Source: Alphaproteobacteria bacterium (GTDB taxonomy: Bacteria > Pseudomonadota > Alphaproteobacteria > UBA828). Taken from it: DNA of 64,000 nt. Numbering within the stretch: the first letter of the stretch is position 1; every line of letters begins with the position of its first letter. The stretch spans positions 35,286-99,285 of the forward strand of contig OZ251509.1 of the NCBI GenBank assembly GCA_965242855.1, read 5' to 3'. The notes beneath the pieces are model-generated. The model made no database searches. It saw nothing but the letters and a program-made list of their open reading frames with translations, and was not told the origin of the DNA. The position numbers and the translations under genes were made by a program. Positions 1-9,515 of this stretch are shown one piece after another.

Positions 1-2
1 GG

Positions 3-89
3 ATGGGCCTCGCCGAGAGCCGCGTGACCCTGTCCGCGACCACGAGCCCCGAAGTCGGCACCAACGAAGTCCGCCTCTACGTCCGCTGA
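3..89 (+). CDS. 3-prime end of an unidentified CDS (partial, runs off the window start)
   Basis: Frame 3 reads MGLAESRVTLSATTSPEVGTNEVRLYVR then TGA at 87-89. GC3-rich codons. No family recognisable from 28 residues. Confidence 0.25.
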   Translation: MGLAESRVTLSATTSPEVGTNEVRLYVR

Positions 90-213
90 CGGCCTGCGCG
101 CCGGCCGGGGGCCGGCGAAGGGAGACGCCGCCACGCCGGCGCCGGTGACGGTTCCGGGGAGCGTTTGATGCGGGGCCGGCCCGTGTCGTTCGGAATGCGC
201 GGTTGCGGGTTCG

Positions 214-1506
214 CTACGGCTTGGCCGGCCCGTCGGCGGGCGGGAAGCCGCCGCGCCGCGCGAAGCGTAGATAGCAGGCGCCGAGGCCGGCGCCGCGAAG
301 CGCGTAGAGCAGCGTCATCGCCAGCCACAGACCGTGATTGCCCAGCGGCTCGCGCCCCAGCCAGGCGACCGGCGCATAGACGGCGAAGGCCAGCATCATC
401 GTGTTCCGCATGTCGGCGGTGCGGGTGGTGCCCGTGAACACGCCGTCGAGGAAGACTCCCCAGACGGCCACCAGCGGCAGCGCCACCAGCCAGGGCAGGA
501 ACTCGCCGGCCGCCGCGCGCACCGCCTCGATGTCGGTGAGGGCGCGGACGATCGCGGCGCCGGCGACGCCGTAAACCGCGACCGTGAGGACGGCCGCGAG
601 CAGGCACCAGAGGAAGCAGGCGCGGACGGTGCGACGCAGCTCGTCGCGGCGCCCGGCGCCCAGCGCGAGGCCGGTCAGCGCCTCGACGGCGTAGGCCAGC
701 CCGTCGAAGGCGAAGTTGAAAAAGACCACGAAGTTGAGGAGCACCGCGTTCGCCGCCAGCACCACGTCGCCCTGCCGCGCGCTCAACGTCGTGAACAGCG
801 CGAACGCCGTGATCACGAAGAGCGTGCGCAGGAAGAGGTCGCGGTTGACGGTCAGGAAGCGCCGCATCCCGGCGGGGTCGAAGGCGAAGCCGGGGCGCCA
901 GCGCCCGCCATGGCGGCGGACGAGGCGGCGCGCGACGGCCCCGCCCAGCGCCAGCGCCGCGTATTCGCCGGCGACCGTCGCCCAGGCGACGCCGGCCACC
1001 GCCATCTCGAAGACCGTCACCAGCACAAGGTCGAGGACGATGTTGAGGCCGTTCGCCGTCAGCAGCAGCGCCAGGGCGGCACGGGTGTTCTGCATCCCGA
1101 TGAACCAGCCGACCAGGGCGATGTTGGCGAGGGCGGCGGGGGCGCCCAGGATGCGGACGGTGAAATAGCCCATGCCCTCGGCGGCGACCGCCGCGCTCGG
1201 CTCGACCAGGTGGAAGGCCAGCCGGCCGATCGGCCCTCGCAGGGCGAGGAGCGCGGCCGCCAGCACGGCGGCGACGAGCAGCGCCCGCGCCAGCGTCGCC
1301 AGCGCGCCGTCCGCGTCGCCGGCGCCGCGCGCCTGCGCGGTGAGGCCGGTGGTCCCCATGCGCAGGAAGTTGCAGCCGAAATAGAGGGTGTTGAAGATCA
1401 GCGCGCCGACCGCCACCGCGCCCAGGAAATGCGGCTCGGGGAGGTGGCCGATCACCGCCGTGTCGACCGCGCCGAGCAGCGGAACCGACAGGTTGGAGAC
1501 GACCAT
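214..1506 (-). CDS. MATE family efflux transporter (DinF-like)
   Basis: ORF 214..1893(-) carries the MATE N-terminal hallmark WPMVVSNLSVPLLGAVDTAVIGHL and about 12 hydrophobic segments. The first ATG (1506) cuts the conserved RRIWRLAWP lead-in. The true start may therefore be a non-canonical codon upstream (CTG at 1584 overlaps the lolA stop as CTGA). Confidence 0.85.
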   Translation of the reverse strand: MVVSNLSVPLLGAVDTAVIGHLPEPHFLGAVAVGALIFNTLYFGCNFLRMGTTGLTAQARGAGDADGALATLARALLVAAVLAAALLALRGPIGRLAFHLVEPSAAVAAEGMGYFTVRILGAPAALANIALVGWFIGMQNTRAALALLLTANGLNIVLDLVLVTVFEMAVAGVAWATVAGEYAALALGGAVARRLVRRHGGRWRPGFAFDPAGMRRFLTVNRDLFLRTLFVITAFALFTTLSARQGDVVLAANAVLLNFVVFFNFAFDGLAYAVEALTGLALGAGRRDELRRTVRACFLWCLLAAVLTVAVYGVAGAAIVRALTDIEAVRAAAGEFLPWLVALPLVAVWGVFLDGVFTGTTRTADMRNTMMLAFAVYAPVAWLGREPLGNHGLWLAMTLLYALRGAGLGACYLRFARRGGFPPADGPAKP

Positions 1507-1580
1507 CGGCCAAGCCAGACGCCAGATCCGCCGGTGCCGGCCGCCCTCGTCCGCCGCCGGCCGCGGAGGCCCGCCGCCGT

Positions 1581-2246
1581 TCAGCGCACGGGCGCCTTTT
1601 CGCGCGGGTCGTCGAACACGAAGAGCGCGGGCTTCAACGCGATATTGGTTTCCAGGTCGAACAGGGAGACGACGGTGACCAGCCCCTGCGGATCGGTGAC
1701 GCGCCACTGGCGCAGGGTCAGCGGCGCCTCCTCGAAGATCAGGGCGAGGCTGCCGGCACCCGGGTCGTCGCTCCGCACCACGGTGATCTCGAGATGCCCG
1801 GCGGCGCGCGCCAGCGCGGTCACCGTCAGGTCTTCGCCGAAGCGTATTTCCTCTCCCGCGAGGATGCCGAGCGGGGTGTCGGAGATCACCCACTCGTTGA
1901 TCTGCCCGAGCTCCCTGTCGTGATAGTGCAGCAGGAACCCGTCGCCGACGATGAGCACGGGCACCGGCGGCGCGTATTCCACGCGGAGCCGCCCCGGTCG
2001 CCGCAGGTAAATGACACCCTCGGCGCGGTCACCGCCGGGAGCCTCCTGGAAGAAGCGCGCCTTCAGCGATCGGACCCCGTCGAGATAGCGCTCGGCTTCG
2101 GCGAGCGCCGCCTTGCCGGCGCCGTCGAGGACCGCCGGCGGCGCTTCCTGCGCCTGCGCGGGCGGCAGCCCGGCGAGCCACGCGGCGAGCGGCAGAGCGA
2201 GCCACACGGCGAGCCGGCGCGCGGCGCGGCGCGGAGGGCGGGCCAT
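1581..2246 (-). CDS. lolA: Outer-membrane lipoprotein carrier protein LolA
   Basis: Signal peptide (LALPLAAWLAGLPPAQAQ) followed by LolA-like sequence (YLDGVRSLKARFFQE...GRLRVEY...LLHYHDRELGQI). Conserved ftsK-lolA synteny. ATG at 2246 preferred over the TTG at 2258 used by the ORF track. Confidence 0.88.
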   Translation of the reverse strand: MARPPRRAARRLAVWLALPLAAWLAGLPPAQAQEAPPAVLDGAGKAALAEAERYLDGVRSLKARFFQEAPGGDRAEGVIYLRRPGRLRVEYAPPVPVLIVGDGFLLHYHDRELGQINEWVISDTPLGILAGEEIRFGEDLTVTALARAAGHLEITVVRSDDPGAGSLALIFEEAPLTLRQWRVTDPQGLVTVVSLFDLETNIALKPALFVFDDPREKAPVR

Positions 2247-2254
2247 GCTCCCCG

Positions 2255-4672
2255 TCAATCGCCGCCGTGATCGGCGATCAGCACCTCGCGTTTGCCGACA
2301 TGGTTGGCTTGGCCCACCACGCCCTCGCTCTCCATCCGCTCGACGATGCGGGCGGCGCGGTTGTAGCCGATCTGGAGGTGGCGCTGGATGAAGCTGGTCG
2401 AGGCCTTCCGTTCGGCCGCCACGAGCGCCACCGCCCGATCGTAGAGCGGGTCGCCGTCGGCGTCCTCACCGCCCAGCGCGGCGGCGGCGGATTCGGGCTC
2501 CTCGGTGACGCCCGCGACGTAGTGCGGTGGCCCGCTGGCGCGCAGGAAGTCGGTCACACGCTCGACCTCGGCGTCGGAGACGAACGGCCCGTGGACCCGG
2601 CTCAGGCGCCCGCCGGCCCCGAGATAGAGCATGTCGCCCTGGCCCAGCAGCTGTTCGGCGCCGGACTCGCCCAGGATGGTGCGGCTGTCGATCTTGGAAG
2701 TGACCTGGAAGCTGATCCGCGTCGGGAAGTTGGCCTTGATCGTGCCGGTGATGACGTCGACCGACGGGCGCTGGGTCGCCATGATCAGGTGGATGCCGGC
2801 GGCCCGCGCCATCTGCGCGAGCCTCTGGACGGCGCCCTCGATGTCCTTGCCGGCGACCAGCATCAGGTCGGCCATCTCGTCGACCACGATGACGATGTAG
2901 GGCATCGGCTCGAGGGCGAGGTCGAATTCCTCGTGGATCGGCGCGCCGGTCTCCTCGTCGATTCCGGTGTGGACCCGCCGGGTCAGGCGCTCGCCCTTGG
3001 CGCGGGCTTCGGCGAGCCGCTCGTTGTAGCCGGAGATGTTGCGCACGCCCAGCTTGGACATCGCCTGGTAGCGGCTTTCCATCTCGCGCACGGCCCATTT
3101 GAGGGCCACCACCGCCTTGGCCGGCTCGGTGACGACCGGCGCGAGCAGGTGGGGGATGTCGTCGTACACCGAGAGCTCAAGCATCTTCGGGTCGATCAGG
3201 ATCAGCTTGCACCGGTCCGGCGGCATCCGGTACAGGAGCGAGAGGATCATGCTGTTGATCGCCACCGACTTGCCGGAGCCGGTGGTGCCGGCGACGAGCA
3301 GGTGCGGCATCCGCGACAGGTCGGCGACCACGGGTTTGCCGCCGATGTCCTTGCCGAGGGCGAGCGTGAGCCTGGAGGCGGTGCTTTCGTAGCCGTCGCT
3401 GGCCAGCAGCGCGCGCAGCAACACGGTCTCACGCCGGCTGTTGGGCAGTTCGATGCCGATTACGCTGCGTCCCGGAATCGTCGCCGCCCGCACCGAGATC
3501 GCGCTCATCGAGCGGGCGATGTCGTCGGCGAGCCCGATCACCCGCGAGGTCCGCGTTCCCGGCTGCGGCTCGAGTTCGTAGAGGGTGACGACCGGCCCCG
3601 GCCTGATCTGGGTGATCTCGCCGAAGACCTTGAAATCCTCGAGCACCGAGACGAGCATCTCGGCGTTCTGCCGGAGCGCGTCGGCGGAGGCTTCGGGCGC
3701 TGCGGGTGGCGCGTCCGGCTCGACCAGCAGGGCCAGCGGCGGCAGCGTGTATTCCGGCTCGCCTTCGAGGCCGAGGGTCTTCTGGCTCTCCGCGCGGGCG
3801 CGTTTGCCGGGTTTCACCGGGCGCGGGCGCTCTACCGGCCGCGGCGCGTCGACGCCGTCCGGGTTCGACCGGGCGGAGGCGGCGTCCTCCACCGGGTCGA
3901 GGAGCCGCGGCTCGCTGCGCTGCCTGCCCGCCAGCGCGGGCTCGCCCACCGGCGCGGGCGCGTCCGCCTCCGCGTCTGCCGCTTCCGCGGCCGGGACGCC
4001 GCGCCGGACGCGGTGGCGGCGGAGGGCGCCTGCGGTGCCGCGCGCCGTTCGCCCGGCCGCCCGGTGGAAGCCCCGTAGCAGCGCCCGCCATTCCCGCCAG
4101 GGCACGCCGAGGGCGCCGACCAGGGCCAGCGCGGCAGCGGCGAGAAACACCGCGCCCGCGCCGCCGGCGCCCAGGGAGTCGCCCACCGCGGCCAGCAGCG
4201 TCCCGCCGGCGACGCCGCCCGCGCCCGCGGCGATCGGCCAGCTCGGGGCGCCGAGCGCTGCGCAGCCCACCGCCGCGAGGAGCACGGCCAAAGGCGCCAG
4301 AGCGATGCGCGCCGCCGGCAGCGAAAGCCCCCGATGGCTCAGCAGCGCCCAGGACCACGCCGCCAGGATCAGCGGCGGCAGGGCGGCGGCGAGGCCGAGC
4401 CACTGGAGCAGGAGGTCGGCCGCGTAGGACCCCGGGCGCCCGATCAGATTGGCCGCCTCGCCTTCCGCCGCGGTGTTGAAGGAAGGATCGGCCGACGAAT
4501 AGGTCATCAGCGCCGCGCCGAGGACTCCGGCCAGGACCGCCAGCGCGAGCCCGGCCGTCTCGCCCAGCCGCCGCGCCAGGAAGGCGCCCGACCCCGCCGG
4601 CAACAGCGACGTCGCCCCGCCGCCAGACGCAATCACCCTTTCCTCCACGGCGTTACGCGAATCCCTTCTCAC
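2255..4672 (-). CDS. ftsK: DNA translocase FtsK
   Basis: N-terminal membrane segments and a Pro/Ala-rich linker. Motor domain with Walker [20 protein letters not shown] and Walker [12 protein letters not shown]-terminal gamma wHTH ([24 protein letters not shown]). Confidence 0.97.
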   Translation of the reverse strand: MRRDSRNAVEERVIASGGGATSLLPAGSGAFLARRLGETAGLALAVLAGVLGAALMTYSSADPSFNTAAEGEAANLIGRPGSYAADLLLQWLGLAAALPPLILAAWSWALLSHRGLSLPAARIALAPLAVLLAAVGCAALGAPSWPIAAGAGGVAGGTLLAAVGDSLGAGGAGAVFLAAAALALVGALGVPWREWRALLRGFHRAAGRTARGTAGALRRHRVRRGVPAAEAADAEADAPAPVGEPALAGRQRSEPRLLDPVEDAASARSNPDGVDAPRPVERPRPVKPGKRARAESQKTLGLEGEPEYTLPPLALLVEPDAPPAAPEASADALRQNAEMLVSVLEDFKVFGEITQIRPGPVVTLYELEPQPGTRTSRVIGLADDIARSMSAISVRAATIPGRSVIGIELPNSRRETVLLRALLASDGYESTASRLTLALGKDIGGKPVVADLSRMPHLLVAGTTGSGKSVAINSMILSLLYRMPPDRCKLILIDPKMLELSVYDDIPHLLAPVVTEPAKAVVALKWAVREMESRYQAMSKLGVRNISGYNERLAEARAKGERLTRRVHTGIDEETGAPIHEEFDLALEPMPYIVIVVDEMADLMLVAGKDIEGAVQRLAQMARAAGIHLIMATQRPSVDVITGTIKANFPTRISFQVTSKIDSRTILGESGAEQLLGQGDMLYLGAGGRLSRVHGPFVSDAEVERVTDFLRASGPPHYVAGVTEEPESAAAALGGEDADGDPLYDRAVALVAAERKASTSFIQRHLQIGYNRAARIVERMESEGVVGQANHVGKREVLIADHGGD

Positions 4673-4765
4673 ACGACTCTAACACAGCCCGCGCCCCTGC
4701 GCAGCTGTTGCCAGCCGGGGGCGCGACGGCGATAGTGCGCTTCCCCAACATGGAGGAGTGTCGAG

Positions 4766-6487
4766 ATGCGCGTGGGATATCGCGCCTTGGCGGCGGTGGC
4801 GGTCGCGGTGCTGGCGGTGGCCGGGGCGCTCTCGCCTTCGGACGCCGCCCGGGCCGGGCGCGGCGACGACGGCCATCTCCGCATCCATTACTGGCAGGCG
4901 CCGTCCACCCTCAATCCCTACCTGTCCGGCGGCACCAAGGACCGGGAGGCGGCCTCGCTGGTGCTCGAACCGCTGGCCCGCTACGACGACGAGGGCCGCA
5001 TGGTGCCGGCGCTCGCCGCCGTCGTCCCGACGATCGAGAACGGCGGCGTCGCGGCCGACCTGCGGTCCGTCACCTGGACGCTGAAGCGCGGGGTCGTCTG
5101 GTCCGACGGCACGCCGTTCACCGCCGCGGATGTGGTCTTCACCGGCGAATACTGCCTGCGCGCGGCGACGGGCTGCAACGCGGCTTCCAGCTTCGCCGAC
5201 GTGACGACGCTGGAGGCCCTCGACGGCCGCACCGTGCGGATCGGGTTCGGCGTACCCAAGCCGTTCCCCTACGGGCCGTTCGTCGGCGCCGTCTCGCCGA
5301 TCCTCCAGAAGGCCCAGTTCGAAGGCTGTCTCGAGGCCGGCTCCTGCGCGGCGGCGAATTCCCGCCCCGTCGGCACGGGACCCTTCAAGGTCGATGCGTT
5401 CCGCGCCAATGACGGCATCGACCTATCGGCCAACGCGCGCTACCGCGCGCCCGGCAAGCCGGCCTTCGCCACGGTCGCGTTCCAGGGCGGCGGCGACGCC
5501 GCATCGGCCGCGCGCGCCGCGCTCGTGACCGGGGAGGCCGACTACGCCTGGAACCTCCAGGTCGCGCCGGAAGCGCTGGCGCGGATGGCCGCCGCAGGCA
5601 AGGGGACCGTCCTCACCGGTTTCGCGACGCTGGTCGAGCGCCTCGTGCTCAACCTGACCGACGACGACGCGCGCCTCGGGCCGGACAGGCGCTCGCTCTA
5701 CCTGGACGGCGCCAACCCCCATCTCTTCCTGGCGGACCCGGCGGTGCGCCGGGCGCTGTCCCTCGCCCTCGACCGCCGGGTGCTGGTCGAGGCCGGATAC
5801 GGCGCTGCCGGCCGGCCCGCCTGCAACATCCTGCCGGCGCCCGCGGCCTATGCGTCCACCGCCAACGACGCCTGCCTCGTCCAGGACGTCGACGCGGCGA
5901 ACCGCCTCCTCGACGCGGCGGGCTGGCTGCCCGGCGCCGACGGCGTGCGTGCGAAGGACGGCGAGCGCCTCTCCCTCCTCTTCCAGACCTCCACCAACGC
6001 CGTGCGCCAGGAGACCCAGGCCCTGATCCGGGGGATGTGGGCGCGCATCGGGGTGGAGACGGCGCTGCGCGACATCGACGCGGCGGTGTTCTTCGGCGGC
6101 GACCCGGCGCGCCCCGACACGCACGGGAAATTTTATGCCGACGCGCAGATGTATGCCGACGGTTTTCGGGGGACCGACCCCGAATCCTATCTGGCCTACT
6201 GGACCTGCGCGGAGATGCCGGGCCCGGAGAACCGGTGGCTCGGCACCAACGTCCCGCGCTTCTGCGACCCGGCCTACGACGCGCTGGCGGCGCGGCTGGC
6301 GCGCACCGCGCCCCTGGCGGAGCGCGCCGCCCTCGCCCGACGGATGAACGACCTCCTCGTCGCCGACGGCTCTACGATCCCGCTCGTCTGGCGGGCCCGC
6401 ATCTCCGCGCGTTCGAACACCCTCCTGGGCGTGCGCATGAACCCGTGGGATTCGGAACTGTGGAACGCCGCTGACTGGCACCGCTGA
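4766..6487 (+). CDS. ABC transporter substrate-binding protein, family 5 (peptide/nickel type), orphan
   Basis: GGAGGAG RBS 7 nt upstream of the ATG. Signal peptide. Family-5 SBP-like sequence (LNPYLSGGTKD..., VTWTLKRGVVWSDGTPFTAADVVFT). No permease or ATPase genes adjacent. Confidence 0.85.
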   Translation: MRVGYRALAAVAVAVLAVAGALSPSDAARAGRGDDGHLRIHYWQAPSTLNPYLSGGTKDREAASLVLEPLARYDDEGRMVPALAAVVPTIENGGVAADLRSVTWTLKRGVVWSDGTPFTAADVVFTGEYCLRAATGCNAASSFADVTTLEALDGRTVRIGFGVPKPFPYGPFVGAVSPILQKAQFEGCLEAGSCAAANSRPVGTGPFKVDAFRANDGIDLSANARYRAPGKPAFATVAFQGGGDAASAARAALVTGEADYAWNLQVAPEALARMAAAGKGTVLTGFATLVERLVLNLTDDDARLGPDRRSLYLDGANPHLFLADPAVRRALSLALDRRVLVEAGYGAAGRPACNILPAPAAYASTANDACLVQDVDAANRLLDAAGWLPGADGVRAKDGERLSLLFQTSTNAVRQETQALIRGMWARIGVETALRDIDAAVFFGGDPARPDTHGKFYADAQMYADGFRGTDPESYLAYWTCAEMPGPENRWLGTNVPRFCDPAYDALAARLARTAPLAERAALARRMNDLLVADGSTIPLVWRARISARSNTLLGVRMNPWDSELWNAADWHR

Positions 6488-6503
6488 CGCGGCGGCCCGC
6501 CGA

Positions 6504-6968
6504 TCAGGCTCGGCACACGTTTCTCCTGCCGAGCAACTTCCTATGCGCGCGCGTGAATTTGTCGCTTTGCGACGTCGAGTAGACGGCGCCTTGCGGATTG
6601 TCGATTAACGCGCGGTTCCCGAAATCCCGGTGAAGATCACCGTCGTCGGAATACAGAAAGCGAGCACCGCTGACTTGCGCCAGAGCGATGACGTGCGGAT
6701 CGTTCGACTGACATGACGCTGTCTCTTCGAGCATTCGGGTTCTATCGTCGATCTCGTGATCATCGAATCGCGTGAACCGTCCCGCCCGCTGAGCTTGCCC
6801 CCGCCATTCCCGGAAGGCGTGATTCTGGTCCAGCTCCCGAAGCTGTTCGCCGCCACCGACAAGTCTGCCGTTTCCCGCGGTGAACCACTCGAAGAACTTC
6901 TTGCCGGCTTCCGGACGATCATTCCCAAACACCTTGTGCACGACGCTGGCGTCGAGGATCGCGCACAT
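6504..6968 (-). CDS. PIN-like nuclease-fold protein (DUF4411-like layout), second gene of the ATPase operon
   Basis: N-terminal ILDASV (D6). Acidic E41/E45. NDPHVIALAQVSGARFLYSDDGDLHRDF (D90, D108/D109/D111) matches the PIN pattern D..iA.A...ga.l.t.D.d. The ATG abuts the ATPase TAG stop with 0-nt spacer. GC is visibly below the flanks. Confidence 0.6.
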   Translation of the reverse strand: MCAILDASVVHKVFGNDRPEAGKKFFEWFTAGNGRLVGGGEQLRELDQNHAFREWRGQAQRAGRFTRFDDHEIDDRTRMLEETASCQSNDPHVIALAQVSGARFLYSDDGDLHRDFGNRALIDNPQGAVYSTSQSDKFTRAHRKLLGRRNVCRA

Positions 6969-8270
6969 CTATAAGCCTAACGACCGGCGCGTTTCTTCCA
7001 TGAAGAACGCCCTGTAGCTTGGTGGCGCACCCAGAACGTTCCCCTGCTCGTCCAGGCGCAGGGAATGGATGCAGACGTCCAGATCGCCGCGCTCGAAGTA
7101 GAGAATCGAGACGTCCTCCGGTTTCAGCGCCGCCTTGCCGTCGCGGACGTCCATGCGCACCCGGTCGAGCAGATGGTCGCTGTGAGTCTCGACCACCAGC
7201 TGGCGCTTCGGCGCGGCGATGCGGCAGAACAGGCTCCCAAGGGCGGCCTGAGCGCTCGGGTGGAGATGCACCTCCGGCTGCTGCAACAGGAACATCGGCG
7301 GCGCATTGCCGCGCAGCAACTCGGTGACGATAGGCAGCGCTTGGCTGACCCCGTAGCCGACGTCGATCAGGTTCCTCCGCAGCCCCTTGGACCTGCTCCC
7401 GTATTTCCTGATCTGTAGCTGGAAGGGTTCGCTTTGCTTCTTGCCGAGAGGTCGGACCGATATTTCATCGAACAGACCGGCGTCCTGCCCGAATTCCTCA
7501 AGCGTCTTCTTGAGTCGCTGCCACGCATTCTCCTCCTCGAAGCGAATACTGGCGAGATACATCGGTATGTAATAACCCTCGGAATCCCGCGTCGGACGCG
7601 AGGGGTTGTAGGTTCGATGTGGCTTGGAGCGGATCGGCGCGCTTGCATACGGCTTTTCACCAGAATAATGGCGGAGCACAGATTCGGAAACCTGCCTAAT
7701 CTGCTTCCAGTCACCGTCGCTGGGCTGACGTGGACCTTTCAACGCAGTAAACCGACGGTGGTATCTTCCAAAAATAAAATATTGTGCTATTGGATTATCG
7801 TCTGTCCACGAAACTCGGTCATTCCTCCACACACCCTTCGGCGTCTCATAAGTAATTTCTATGAATTGACCTTCCCGAAGGCGAAGTTTGATCTGTACGT
7901 GATTGCCTTTGTCGGTGATACGCCACTCTATGGGATGTGGTATAGCTCCTTTTCTTCCGAAGGTGATCTCGAAGTGTATGACGGCGTCTTTCTCCCCCTC
8001 TCGCGTAAAACCGAACCCCGCCTCGAACGTGTCGGCGCGGCCGCTCCTTCCTCCCCGGTAGTGGGTGATGTCGTCGAAGCTGCCGAGATCGTAGGGATCC
8101 TGCCTGAAGTCGGGGACGCCGCGCCCGGCCGCATCCCACAGCGCCCGGATCAGCGCCAGGAAGGACGTCTTCCCGGTGCTGTTCTCGCCGACGAGGAGGG
8201 TCAGCGGCGCCATGCGGGCCTCCTGCACCTCGCGGAAGCAGCGAAAATTCTCCAGTGTGATCAGGTCCAT
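6969..8270 (-). CDS. ABC/AAA-type ATPase (AAA_15/AAA_21-like) with DUF3696-like C-terminal domain
   Basis: [12 protein letters not shown]...[12 protein letters not shown] (Walker A, K34). Walker B/D-loop [13 protein letters not shown]-loop [14 protein letters not shown]-terminal ILYFERGD...[18 protein letters not shown] resembles DUF3696. Start set at the ATG at 8270 (GGAGGA 13 nt upstream). An in-frame ATG at 8336 would add 22 aa. The gene is AT-richer than its surroundings. Confidence 0.8.
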   Translation of the reverse strand: MDLITLENFRCFREVQEARMAPLTLLVGENSTGKTSFLALIRALWDAAGRGVPDFRQDPYDLGSFDDITHYRGGRSGRADTFEAGFGFTREGEKDAVIHFEITFGRKGAIPHPIEWRITDKGNHVQIKLRLREGQFIEITYETPKGVWRNDRVSWTDDNPIAQYFIFGRYHRRFTALKGPRQPSDGDWKQIRQVSESVLRHYSGEKPYASAPIRSKPHRTYNPSRPTRDSEGYYIPMYLASIRFEEENAWQRLKKTLEEFGQDAGLFDEISVRPLGKKQSEPFQLQIRKYGSRSKGLRRNLIDVGYGVSQALPIVTELLRGNAPPMFLLQQPEVHLHPSAQAALGSLFCRIAAPKRQLVVETHSDHLLDRVRMDVRDGKAALKPEDVSILYFERGDLDVCIHSLRLDEQGNVLGAPPSYRAFFMEETRRSLGL

Positions 8271-8367
8271 GGGGCGCCGTTCCTCCGTGCCGGCCGCACG
8301 CGCGGCGGTCTCGTTCGTCCATCCGCTTCGGTTCATGGGGCGCCCGTTCCTCTGTGCCGGCCGCACG
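8268..8367. repeat. Imperfect direct repeat (about 33 nt, period 66 nt) covering the ATPase start region
   Basis: catggggcgccgttcctccgtgccggccgcacg (8268-8300) recurs as catggggcgcccgttcctctgtgccggccgcacg (8334-8367). Each copy supplies an SD-like GAGGAA and an ATG on the minus strand. Confidence 0.7.
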
Positions 8368-8501
8368 GTACGAGGCCGCCGCTCCGCCCGCAAGGCGCCG
8401 CGCGGGTGCGCGGGCGCGTTGCGCGGCGGAGCGTTCCGGCGACAATGCGCCTGCTGGGCGCCTGCAAGCGGGCGCCGCCGCGCAAGGAGCGGAGAAATCC
8501 C

Positions 8502-9515
8502 ATGCTGGAGCGTTTCGAGCGCTACCCCCTCACCTTCGGCCCCACGCCCATCGAGCCGCTGGAGCGGCTGTCCGCGCATCTCGGCGGGCGGGTGGCGCTC
8601 TACGCCAAGCGCGAGGACTGCAACTCAGGCCTGGCCGGCGGCGGCAACAAGCTGCGCAAGCTGGAATACATCGTCCCCGACGCCATCGCCTCGAACGCCG
8701 ACACCCTCGTCACCATCGGCGGCGTCCAGTCGAACCACACCCGGCAGGTCGCCGCCGTCGCCGCGAAGCTCGGCATGAAATGCCGGCTGGTCCAGGAAAG
8801 CTGGGTGCCCTTCCCGGATGCCGTCTACGACCGGGTCGGCAACATCCTGATGAGCCGGGTGATGGGCGCCGAGATCGAACTGGTGGACGAAGGCTTCGAC
8901 ATCGGCCTCCGCGCGAGCTGGGAGCGGGCGATCGCGGAGGTGTGCGCGCAGGGCGGGAAGCCCTATCCCATCCCGGCGGGCGCGTCGGTCCATAAATACG
9001 GCGGGCTCGGCTATGTCGGCTTCGCCGAGGAGGTGCGGGCGCAGGAGGCGGCACTGGGCTTCGCCTTCGACTACGTCGTCGTCTGCACCGTCACCGGCTC
9101 GACCCACGCCGGGATGCTGGTGGGCTTCGCCAGGGACGGGCGCGGCGGGCGGGTGGTGGGCATCGACGCCTCCGGCACGCCGGCGCAAACCCGCGCGCAG
9201 GTCATGGACATCGCCCGCGGGACGGCGGCGCTGGTGGAGCTCGGGCGCGACATCGCCGACGAGGAGCTGGTCCTGATCGAGGACTACGCCCATCCCGCCT
9301 ACGGCGTGCCTTCGCCCGAAACCAACGAGGCGATCCGCCTCGCCGCCCGCCTGGAGGGGATGATGACCGACCCCGTCTATGAGGGGAAATCCATGCAGGG
9401 CACCATCGACCTCGTGCGCAAGGGCCATTTCCCCGAAGGGTCGAAGGTGCTCTACGCCCATCTCGGCGGCGTGCCGGCGATCAACGGCTACAGCTACCTC
9501 TATCGCGATGGCTGA
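8502..9515 (+). CDS. acdS: 1-aminocyclopropane-1-carboxylate deaminase
   Basis: AAGGAG RBS 12 nt upstream. [20 protein letters not shown]...[23 protein letters not shown]...[22 protein letters not shown]...DPVYEGKSM...LYAHLGG matches the AcdS family end to end. This includes the YE and L residues that separate ACC deaminases from D-cysteine desulfhydrases. Confidence 0.93.
   Translation: MLERFERYPLTFGPTPIEPLERLSAHLGGRVALYAKREDCNSGLAGGGNKLRKLEYIVPDAIASNADTLVTIGGVQSNHTRQVAAVAAKLGMKCRLVQESWVPFPDAVYDRVGNILMSRVMGAEIELVDEGFDIGLRASWERAIAEVCAQGGKPYPIPAGASVHKYGGLGYVGFAEEVRAQEAALGFAFDYVVVCTVTGSTHAGMLVGFARDGRGGRVVGIDASGTPAQTRAQVMDIARGTAALVELGRDIADEELVLIEDYAHPAYGVPSPETNEAIRLAARLEGMMTDPVYEGKSMQGTIDLVRKGHFPEGSKVLYAHLGGVPAINGYSYLYRDG

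Noticed and set aside
77-1923. Long ORFs 77..1513(-), 334..1923(+) and others overlapping the MATE gene
   Set aside because: Their translations are Arg/Pro/Gly/Ala-rich and low in complexity. They lie in alternate frames of a gene with clear family motifs, which is the typical stop-codon-poor artefact of about 70% GC DNA.
2267-4479. ORFs antisense or out of frame to ftsK (2267..4078(+), 3429..4403(-), 3706..4479(+))
   Set aside because: Same GC-driven artefact. ftsK explains the region completely.
7434-8501. N-terminal 356-codon extension of the acdS ORF (7434..9515)
   Set aside because: The extension runs antisense through the ATPase gene and has no AcdS homology. AAGGAG plus ATG at 8502 coincides with the start of family similarity.
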